Positions 1 through 7,092 of a stretch of 16,204 nucleotides of DNA are shown piece after piece. A program made the translations under genes and the position numbers. How positions within the stretch are numbered: position 1 is the first letter of the stretch; the number at the start of each line of letters is the position of its first letter. Location: positions 1 through 16,204 of the forward strand of contig JAQBUT010000043.1 of the NCBI GenBank assembly GCA_027623195.1, in the 5' to 3' direction. This DNA comes from Chloroflexota bacterium (lineage in GTDB: Bacteria > Chloroflexota > Dehalococcoidia > Lucifugimonadales > JADFKI01). The notes beneath the pieces were generated by a model. It saw only the letters and a list, made by a program, of their open reading frames with translations, ran no database searches and was not told the origin of the DNA.

Positions 1-609
1 CTCAATAAGTTCCTTTATATCCTGACCGTAGCGCTTTGCCGTTCGTGCAAAGTGATCCCAGACTGCCGCGCCCAGGAGGTTACGTCCAGCGTAGCCATCC
101 ACACTCCGTGGGGCACCGACGACGGTATGGAGCACCAGGGCAACGATGTCCCTAGCTGTCTCCCATCTTTTGCCATTCAGCTGCTCGACAGCATTGCTCA
201 GGGCCGCAACATTGAGTTGGCGTCGCTCTACCAGCGCCCTCTGTAGCTCGGCGTCGTCCACAACCAGGACTGCGCCACCCTCCAGGAACTTTGGGTTGTA
301 TATCTGCTCCGTAGTGCCGATGCGGGTGCCTAGTCTGTGGAACTGCTTCCAGTACTCACATTCGGATCGGAACGGGCACAGAGGCTTGGATAGAGTACCG
401 CAGGCGTGCTTGCCGATATCGTGGCCAGACTCAGCTAGGGCGTCCACCACGTCTATCCTCTCGCAGTTGTCCGGGCTTCTCCCGTTGACGAGGTTATACC
501 CGAATTTGTATGAAAGCTCCCGGGCAAGGTTCTTAGTCCCAACGACTATGCGAATGGAGGCAGATGAGTTCTGTACGGCCTGTGCCACTGCAGTGGTCTT
601 GCCTGCGGG
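1..609 (-). CDS. SF2-like helicase/ATPase domain with 4-Cys (putative Fe-S) insert. Frameshifted C-terminal continuation of the primase ORF; runs off the left edge and is absent from the ORF track
   Basis: My translation of the minus frame with codons 609-607, 606-604, etc. is open to base 1: PAGKTTAVAQAVQNSSASIRIVVGTKNLARELSYKFGYNLVNGRSPDNCERIDVVDALAESGHDIGKHACGTLSKPLCPFRSECEYWKQFHRLGTRIGTTEQIYNPKFLEGGAVLVVDDAELQRALVE... It contains a Walker A end (AGKT, 606-595), motif Ia-like IVVGTKNLAREL, C-x20-C-x7-C-x5-C (465-358) and Walker B-like VLVVDD (270-253). Confidence 0.8.
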
Positions 610-1906
610 ACGTTGATAGAAGCTGGGCCTTGCCTTTGTTTCGCACGTGATGGGTAACGAAGTCATTGACAGTCCTCCATGCCAGGGCACGAACTTCCTT
701 GAGGGGCTGGCCTCGATCTACCGTACCATCCACGGCTGTAGGCCTTGAGGTTCTACGCTGGCCTATCTCTGTGGGTACAAAGTGTACCTTACGTATCCTG
801 GGCCTTTCTCCGGTGAGCAACAGGTCGTCTATGCCCTTGGGGCCACCAACATCTTCTCCTTCCCAGGTGGCAAAGTGCGCATCGAGGCCCGCGTCGTGCA
901 ACAGCTTGGTTCCCCGTTCCTGTGCCTTGTGGGTGTTAGGGTTGTCCTCCTGGTCCAGGGCCACGATAACTCGTCCTGGGTTCAAAGACTTGATGACCTC
1001 AATATGGTCGTCCGTGAGAGACTGCCCCGCTACGGCGAAAGTCCAGAGGCCTTCCAGGTGGTTAGCTACGTTAGCCTTGGTGGCGCCCTCTGTGATGTAG
1101 AGGTCTGTTCCAGGATTGCCCTTGCCTGCGACGTGGTAGACCGAGGAAAGGACGCTTCCCTTGGCCGTGAGATACTTTGAGCCCAATATCTTGGCTTGGA
1201 ACCCCGTAACCCTGCCTAGCTCGTCCTTGAACGGAACAACGTATCCGTCCCGTCCATCCCATGCAGTCCAGAAGGTTAGCCTATCGTTCTTGTCCGTGAA
1301 GCCAGGACACTTTCTTAGTAATTCCTCGCCGAACTTTGCCGTGAGTGTGGAAAGGAAGGTCTTACTTTCGGTGCCACGTCTAGGAAGGGAGTGGTACCCC
1401 ATTGAAAGGGCCGCATCCTTGGTCAGGCCCCTGTTTGTTAGGTCAACCAGGGCTTCTTTCCGAAGAGGCAAAAGTTCCAAGGCGGCTGAATAGATTTCGT
1501 GCCGGGTTTCTATAGGGAGGACGTACCGGGCGGACTTCCTCGACGAAGCGGATTGTTTGACGCCTGACGAGGAGTTAGTCCAACCAAGAGCGTTCCAGCC
1601 GTGCTGGGTCCCACAATCGCACCTTCCGAATAGGGCATGTTTATAAGCGGCGGGGGAAGTAGAAATATCCAGAGGAAGGCCGCCAGCGTACTGTTCCCGG
1701 GTGCAGTACGCCACCCGGTCCATGCTTATGCCTGCGCACCGAATGCCCTGCCCTTTTGCCAAGCCAGGGTGGCCGCCGCAGATGGGGCAAGGATCTTGCC
1801 TTGAGTGGCGGACATATTCGCCAGAGCCGAAGGCGCGTCCAACCGAACCGCTTTGGCTGGTCAGAGGGACTTTCGTTAAGTTGTTTTCCCGATAACTTGC
1901 TGTCAT
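533..1906 (-). CDS. Zn-finger + TOPRIM (DUF3854-like) primase, N-terminal part of a primase-helicase replication protein. Residues after ~608 are probably an out-of-frame tail
   Basis: 457-aa ORF with N-terminal SRQDPCPICG and further Cys/His (RC, YC, CDCG..H). Has DLTNRGL, YVVPFKDELGRVTGFQAK, TOPRIM motifs LYITEGATKA and VIVALDQED, and GPKGIDDLL, as seen in DUF3854/plasmid-phage primases. Confidence 0.8.
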   Translation of the reverse strand: MTASYRENNLTKVPLTSQSGSVGRAFGSGEYVRHSRQDPCPICGGHPGLAKGQGIRCAGISMDRVAYCTREQYAGGLPLDISTSPAAYKHALFGRCDCGTQHGWNALGWTNSSSGVKQSASSRKSARYVLPIETRHEIYSAALELLPLRKEALVDLTNRGLTKDAALSMGYHSLPRRGTESKTFLSTLTAKFGEELLRKCPGFTDKNDRLTFWTAWDGRDGYVVPFKDELGRVTGFQAKILGSKYLTAKGSVLSSVYHVAGKGNPGTDLYITEGATKANVANHLEGLWTFAVAGQSLTDDHIEVIKSLNPGRVIVALDQEDNPNTHKAQERGTKLLHDAGLDAHFATWEGEDVGGPKGIDDLLLTGERPRIRKVHFVPTEIGQRRTSRPTAVDGTVDRGQPLKEVRALAWRTVNDFVTHHVRNKGKAQLLSTSRRQDHCSGTGRTELICLHSHSRWD

Positions 1907-1933
1907 CGCCTTCCGTTTTCTTGGAAGGCGACG
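1904..1933 (-). promoter_or_regulatory. Hairpin occluding the SD-like GGAAGG and the AUG of the primase gene
   Basis: Perfect 9-bp inverted repeat TCGCCTTCC (1906-1914) / GGAAGGCGA (1923-1931) with an 8-nt loop. On the minus-strand RNA it extends by a G-U and a C-G pair over the start codon. Confidence 0.6.
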
Positions 1934-1952
1934 CCTTATAGACTTAGTAAGC

Positions 1953-1988
1953 TAGGCCGCCCAGGCCACTGTGTAGGCGTTCCAGGCC
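1953..1988. repeat. Two imperfect 15-bp direct repeats with a 21-bp period (iteron-like)
   Basis: TAGGCCGCCCAGGCC (1953-1967) and TAGGCGTTCCAGGCC (1974-1988), 12/15 identical; the AGGC core recurs about every 10 bp. Confidence 0.4.
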
Positions 1989-2078
1989 CGTTGCACGGGA
2001 TGCGGGATGATGACAGGATTAGTTTGGAGTTGAGGGAGATAGAGCCTCCCCCGTCTCCACCAGGAACACGAAATGCCG

Positions 2079-2108
2079 TCAGCCTCATGCCCACCGGGCG
2101 GAGGCTGA
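2079..2108. other. GC-rich stem-loop upstream of the primase gene
   Basis: TCAGCCTC (2079-2086) / GAGGCTGA (2101-2108) enclosing GCCC-ACC-GGGC. Confidence 0.5.
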
Positions 2109-2342
2109 TTCGGTTTATCGGGGGCTAATGTAGAGTTCAGTGTCCCCAACTAGGCGCGCTGGCGAATGTTCTACGCTTCGACATAAAATTCTCCGACGCT
2201 GTTTTCATGATACTCTAATGCCAACTTCGGCCTCCTGAACATTAAGCATTACGGACGTCACGCACGGAACCAGAAAAAGGATCCCAATAAACGGGAGTTT
2301 TGCGTTGCTTCGATGGCGGTTGCTGGAGCCCTGGGGAAATCC

Positions 2343-2540
2343 ATGAGCACTCCAAAACGGGGACACATCTGGCCATGCTATTTCTTATTCAAATTCGAGG
2401 GTATCCAGAAGGACTTGGTTTGGCATTTCGTCAGAGCAGGGTTGTCCCGCCTTCAAAATATCCCTTCGAGACAGGGCATAAAAGTCCTATTGGAAAGCGG
2501 TCAAGTGGGTCGCGTTAAGAATATAGTGGTGGCGGGGTAA
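2343..2540 (+). CDS. YwbE-family (DUF2196)-like small protein with a divergent, possibly decayed, middle
   Basis: ATG at 2343, in frame with the listed ORF 2313..2540, gives 65 aa. The C-terminus GIKVLLESGQVGRVKNI matches the YwbE-family signature (GIKVRL..GQVGRVK.I) and the N-terminal KR..I.P also fits. Stop lies 9 nt before uup. Confidence 0.55.
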   Translation: MSTPKRGHIWPCYFLFKFEGIQKDLVWHFVRAGLSRLQNIPSRQGIKVLLESGQVGRVKNIVVAG

Positions 2541-2549
2541 CTTCCCTTT

Positions 2550-4466
2550 ATGGCCTTCATAAATTTGCAAGGAATATCCCTTGCCTTTAATAGCGTCCCA
2601 CTTTTAGACGGGTTCAACTTAACCATTGAGCGAGGAGAAAAGGTTGGCCTGGTAGGCAGGAACGGGTCGGGGAAATCGACGCTGCTGCGGCTGATAGAGG
2701 GAAGCGTTAAACCAGACTCCGGCGCTGTGTCAGTCCAAAAGGGCGTGCACTCCGCCTATCTTTCACAAGAGGTGCCCCACGAGTTACCCGGAACCGTGTT
2801 TGATGTAATCGCTAGCGGAAGCAGAGAATACGTTGACCCGATCACACGGAATCCATCCCCAAGCGCCAGGGTGCTACATGAAGGCACGCTGCCTCCACAC
2901 GAAGAATTGGACCGCATTCACCACAACCTTGATATGGAAGGAGTGTGGTACAAGAAGGAACAGATCAGCAAAAGCCTCTCCCAACTTGGGGTGGATGGTG
3001 GCTGCGAATTCAGTTCTCTTTCCGCTGGCCTAAAACGTCAAGTGCTCTTGAAGAGGGCCCTTGTTGGTGAGCCGGATATCCTCCTACTAGATGAACCGAC
3101 CAACCACATGGATATCGATTCCATCAAGGAACTGGAACAGATGATGGTTCGGTTTACGGGTGCCTTGATCTTCGTTACCCACGACCGGATGTTCTTGCAG
3201 AGAATCGCTACCCGCATAGTGGAAATTGATCGGGGCAGGCTGTTTGATCAGACCTGCGACTATGAGACGTTCCTAGTACGGCGAAGTGCCGACCGCGAGG
3301 CAGAAGAGACTAAAAACGCTCTGTTCGATAGGAAGATGCAACAGGAAGAACATTGGATTCGAGGAGGTATCAAGGCGAGGCGGACGCGCAACGAGGGCCG
3401 CGTGAGGGAACTGGAGAGAATGCGCGAGATGCGCATGTCCAGACGGGACCGGCCCGGGCAGGTGAATATGGAAGCCAACGAGGCCGAGCGTTCCGGAACA
3501 TTGGTGGCAAAGGCAGACAATATTGGCTTTAACTATGGCGAGACTCAGGTAATCTCAAATTTCTCCACCACGATTCTGAAGGGCGAAAGGATTGGCATTC
3601 TGGGCCCCAACGGCAGCGGCAAGACAACCCTCTTGCGGCTTCTACTTGGTATGCTCAGTCCGGCTACCGGCACAATCCGCCTCGGCACTAATTTGCGAAT
3701 CAGCTACTCTGACCAACTACTTGAGCAATTGGACGAAAACAAGACCGCCATGGAAAACGTTAGCGACGGCAATGATACAGTTACCGTTAACGGGAAAACT
3801 CGTCACATCGTCGGCTATCTGCAAGATTTTCTCTTTTCTCCAGATCAAGCTCGCTCTTTTGTTTCTGTGCTTTCCGGTGGGGAGCGCAAGCGCCTCATGC
3901 TCGCCCGTCTCTTTACGCAGCCCTCCAATCTCCTTGTGCTGGATGAACCCACCAACGACCTTGATATCGAGACCCTTGACCTCCTTGAAGACCTCTTGAT
4001 TAACTACACAGGAACGATTCTCCTCGTCAGCCATGATAGGACGTTCATCAACAACATCGTGACGAGCACCATCGTTTTTGAAGGGGGCTCCGTCGTGAAC
4101 GAGTACGTGGGTGGCTATGATGACTGGCTGCGTCAGCGCCCCCAGGAAGCAAAACCGAGTAGGGCATCTGCCAGCAAACAAGGCGCCCCACCGGCTAAGG
4201 AACCTAGGGCAAGGCTAAAATTAGGGTTCAACCAGCAAAAGCAACTGGATGCACTGCCCCAGACTATTGAGGGCCTCGAAAGGGAGCAGCAGGAGTTGTT
4301 CCAGGCCATGGGAGATCCAGCACTCTATAAAAAGGACAGGGCTGATATTGTTGCCGCGAATGATAGGCTAGAAGAACTGAAAAGGCTTTTGGCTGAGGCC
4401 TACGCACATTGGGAAGAACTGGAACAACTCAGCCTAGATGTCGAAAACAACAGACTTTCAAAGTAG
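2550..4466 (+). CDS. uup: ABC-F family ATPase Uup
   Basis: Two ABC domains (GRNGSGKST / LLLDEPTNHMD and GPNGSGKTT / LSGGE / LVLDEPTNDLD), no TM segments, Uup-type linker EEHWIRGGIKARRTRNEGRVREL and a C-terminal coiled coil. Confidence 0.92.
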   Translation: MAFINLQGISLAFNSVPLLDGFNLTIERGEKVGLVGRNGSGKSTLLRLIEGSVKPDSGAVSVQKGVHSAYLSQEVPHELPGTVFDVIASGSREYVDPITRNPSPSARVLHEGTLPPHEELDRIHHNLDMEGVWYKKEQISKSLSQLGVDGGCEFSSLSAGLKRQVLLKRALVGEPDILLLDEPTNHMDIDSIKELEQMMVRFTGALIFVTHDRMFLQRIATRIVEIDRGRLFDQTCDYETFLVRRSADREAEETKNALFDRKMQQEEHWIRGGIKARRTRNEGRVRELERMREMRMSRRDRPGQVNMEANEAERSGTLVAKADNIGFNYGETQVISNFSTTILKGERIGILGPNGSGKTTLLRLLLGMLSPATGTIRLGTNLRISYSDQLLEQLDENKTAMENVSDGNDTVTVNGKTRHIVGYLQDFLFSPDQARSFVSVLSGGERKRLMLARLFTQPSNLLVLDEPTNDLDIETLDLLEDLLINYTGTILLVSHDRTFINNIVTSTIVFEGGSVVNEYVGGYDDWLRQRPQEAKPSRASASKQGAPPAKEPRARLKLGFNQQKQLDALPQTIEGLEREQQELFQAMGDPALYKKDRADIVAANDRLEELKRLLAEAYAHWEELEQLSLDVENNRLSK

Positions 4467-4644
4467 AGAATGCCAACCAGCGTAAAGACGAAGCTAATCG
4501 GGAAATCAGTCACATGGTCACGCCGCTAACATCTCCGTGCGGAGCCACACCGTCTCTGAGGAGGATCGCCTCAGATATGTATCACAATATGCTTCCACCC
4601 TCCCCCGTCTACACCAATGTCGCTTAACCACATCACCACGTGGT

Positions 4645-4878
4645 CTAGGTGATTTTCGCGACTTTTCGCCCTAAATCCCCACATATCTTGATTTCAGGTC
4701 CTGCTTCCCATAGACGGCCGTAACAAGCCGCCCTATCCATGTCTTCAATGGTCTTGCAGGAGCCATTCATCTATTCGGCGGGTGCAACAACGTTTTGAGG
4801 CTTAAGTAGTCCCATCCGTGCTTCGAACGTATCACTTTTCGCTGTCACGTCGCACAAATCACATTTGAAGTTTTTGTA
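4645..4878 (-). pseudogene. Decayed small CxxC protein (DUF1059-like)
   Basis: Minus frame reads YKNFKCDLCDVTAKSDTFEARMGLLKPQNVVAPAE*MNGSCKTIEDMDR, with an in-frame TAG at 4773-4771 and no start codon. SD-like TAAGGA at 4890-4885. Resembles small MKTLKCD.C....GETFEEWM..LKPH...AH proteins as I recall them; the 3' end is uncertain. Confidence 0.45.
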
Positions 4879-4948
4879 CCAAGTTCCTTATCTGTTACGA
4901 CTAAAAGCAAACGACAACGGTATCCGAAAATTCCCTGAGTTGAGAACC

Positions 4949-5791
4949 TTAATAGCTAGGCTTACTCGGATATGGTGTTAATTGGAGCTCGTGGGTCCAA
5001 CAGGATTTGTCTTGACTGTGGAGATAGTAGAAGGCCTCGGCAATCTTGACAGGATTTATTACTAATTCAGGATGCTCCTGGGCCCTCGGCATTGCTCGGG
5101 TGCCAGGAGAGTCGATGGTACCGTCTATTACAACGTTCGCTACGTGCACGCCGTGCTCGGAATATTCCTCCGTCAGCACCTGTGAAAGCGCGCGCATCAT
5201 CACTCTCGGGTAATAAAGGGACTGTCCTGTATATCGCTTTCGCCCGCGCAAGGACGAGGAGTTGTTGGAGAAGAGGAAAGAACCATGTCCTCGTTCTCGC
5301 ATGGCAGGTAGCACCTCTTTCGCGACCAAAAACGGTCCTCGGCTGGCGATGTGCTGCGCCGTATCGAACATTTCGACCGGGATGTGCTCAAGCAATTCCT
5401 TCTCTGGCGGGAGGTCTCTCCCCTCCAGGTAGCCAGCGTTATAAATTAACGCTTCAGGGTCGCCGGCTTGCTCTCGAATATTGGCGAAGGCCTCTGATAT
5501 CGAGTCCTGGGACACTAAGTCCAGTTCCACAATCATGGTGTCGCCGCCTTGTTCCCGGATGGCTGTCTCCAGCGAAGACGCGTTGGGAGCGTTACGGGTT
5601 GTTAGCACAACAAAGAAGCCCTCGTTGGCAAACTTTTGGGCGATGGCTCCACCAATGCCCCAGCGCGCACCGACGGGTATATCGCTATCGTCGAGTTCTC
5701 TGCCATGGGCCAATTTGGTATTACGGCCATCTGCCTGCCACTTGGAAGTCGCTCCCACTACGACGGCGACCGGTTTATGGTTCGAATTCAT
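4949..5791 (-). CDS. Atypical short-chain dehydrogenase/reductase (SDR)
   Basis: Rossmann motif VAVVVGA...GIGGAIAQKFA split by a ~30-aa insert; LDL, YNAG, HVANVVIDGTIDSP. Canonical YxxxK is replaced by LYYPR. SD AGGAG upstream. Confidence 0.88.
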   Translation of the reverse strand: MNSNHKPVAVVVGATSKWQADGRNTKLAHGRELDDSDIPVGARWGIGGAIAQKFANEGFFVVLTTRNAPNASSLETAIREQGGDTMIVELDLVSQDSISEAFANIREQAGDPEALIYNAGYLEGRDLPPEKELLEHIPVEMFDTAQHIASRGPFLVAKEVLPAMRERGHGSFLFSNNSSSLRGRKRYTGQSLYYPRVMMRALSQVLTEEYSEHGVHVANVVIDGTIDSPGTRAMPRAQEHPELVINPVKIAEAFYYLHSQDKSCWTHELQLTPYPSKPSY

Positions 5792-6047
5792 GTCGTATTC
5801 CCTTTCTCCTAAAGTAAATTGCTGACAATATTACCTGAAGTTTAGCTCGCTTGGGCGGCCACTCCGTTCACGCCTGGGAATGAGAGAGTCGGCTACAGTC
5901 ATTCCACCTACCAACCATGTAGCTTAAGTTGGCGTCCTATGACCTTGATCAAAACCATTTAGGTGCCTGTCATCTACTGCGAACTTAATGTGCGGTGATT
6001 TCCATGTCATGCTACCAGCCAAGATTTGTGCAGGCGGAGGCTCAGGG

Positions 6048-6076
6048 TTGACAGGTAATCAAGGGTGTCACATACT
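6048..6076 (+). promoter_or_regulatory. Sigma70-type promoter for the hydrolase gene or operon
   Basis: TTGACA (6048-6053), exactly 17 bp, then CATACT (6071-6076). A TGACA..TGTCA inverted pentamer (6049-6053 / 6066-6070) overlaps it. Confidence 0.6.
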
Positions 6077-6196
6077 CGCTCTGTCGCGCTGAGGACCCGT
6101 TGAAACCTCTGGGGCAAACCATATGGGGATCCCTGCCACAGAGACACCGAGGTGCGCACGTACGCTAGACGCATCACTAATAAAGAGGTAGCTAAT

Positions 6197-6955
6197 ATGC
6201 CGTTTTATACCAAAGGCAAAGTCCGCATACAATATGAAGAGGTCGGTTCCGGGTTCCCACTTCTGGTCACCCCTGGCGGAGGATTGAATTCCCTTATTAG
6301 CAATTGGCCTAACCAGGTGTTCAATGCGATGGAGGAGTTCAAGAGCGACTTCCGCTGCATTACGATGGACCAGCGCAACGGTAACGGCGGCCAATCCAGC
6401 GGGCCAGTCCAGGTCGACGACCCATGGGGAGCCTTTGCCGACGACCAACTGGGGTTAATGGACCACCTGGGCATACAGGAGTTCTTCTTCATGGGCCTTT
6501 GCATCGGCGGCCCGTTTGCGATGAAGCTAATGGAGCGATCTCCCGAACGCGTAGTGGCCGCAGTCCTTTGCCAGCCCGTAGGGCACAACTCGAAGAGCCC
6601 TGACGCCATGTACAATTCTGGTCGCGATCTCTGGGCACCCGAACTGTGCGCTCAGCGGACAGACGTGACCATGGAGACTTGCGAAGCGTACCTGCACAAC
6701 CTGTACCGCACCCAACCCAATTTCGTGTACAGCGTGACGCGAGACTTCGCTCGTTCCTGTCAGACACCGATGCTCGTCATGCCCGACGACACGCCAGCAC
6801 ACTCCTACGAGGCTGCCATGGAATTGGCGGAGTTGGCGCCAAAAGCCGAAGTGACAGCATACCCATGGAAAGAGCAAAAAGACGTGCTCGCCAAGACAAT
6901 AGGCCAAGTGCGCGACTACTTACTGGCGCACCAACCCGACACAAATGCCGACTAG
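6197..6955 (+). CDS. Alpha/beta-hydrolase fold protein with a Cys nucleophile elbow (paralog 1)
   Basis: Start set at ATG 6197 (SD GAGG at 6185-6188; matches the paralog start MPFY). Motifs YEEVGSGFPLL, FRCITMDQRN, LMDHLGI, GLCIGG, PERVVAAVL. Confidence 0.88.
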   Translation: MPFYTKGKVRIQYEEVGSGFPLLVTPGGGLNSLISNWPNQVFNAMEEFKSDFRCITMDQRNGNGGQSSGPVQVDDPWGAFADDQLGLMDHLGIQEFFFMGLCIGGPFAMKLMERSPERVVAAVLCQPVGHNSKSPDAMYNSGRDLWAPELCAQRTDVTMETCEAYLHNLYRTQPNFVYSVTRDFARSCQTPMLVMPDDTPAHSYEAAMELAELAPKAEVTAYPWKEQKDVLAKTIGQVRDYLLAHQPDTNAD

Positions 6956-7092
6956 ATCGGCGAAGCGGTACGTTGAAATTGATATCCTGCCCAAACTCGG
7001 ACATGGTGGATGTCTCATTGTTAAATTACACCGGTATGTTCAGGGCCTCGGGAAGCTGAGTTGTGACCTAATAACCGGTAGGGTGAGAAGAG

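Noticed and set aside
146..1493. Plus-strand ORFs 146..616, 666..1100, 782..1180 and 1161..1493
   Set aside because: Antisense shadows of the primase-helicase, with no recognisable motifs
1952..2149. 65-aa minus-strand ORF as a leader peptide for the primase
   Set aside because: TTG start without a clear SD, no motif, and it overlaps the hairpin-rich region. It cannot be excluded but is unsupported
2150..2340. tRNA or att site at the presumed element boundary
   Set aside because: No cloverleaf or T-loop motif and no repeat partner within the window
4632..4656. ATCACC/GGTGAT hairpin plus TTT as the uup terminator
   Set aside because: Only 6 bp with a 10-nt loop and about 165 nt from the stop codon; too weak to call
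5092..5825. Plus-strand ORFs of 241 aa and 114 aa
   Set aside because: Antisense to the well-supported SDR gene
5860..5880. CCGTTCACGCCTGGG resembling the 3' end of a ZTP riboswitch
   Set aside because: The required upstream GACTGGCG / pseudoknot partner is absent
6152..6196. GTG start at 6152 for hydrolase 1
   Set aside because: ATG 6197 has an SD and aligns with the N-terminus of paralog 2
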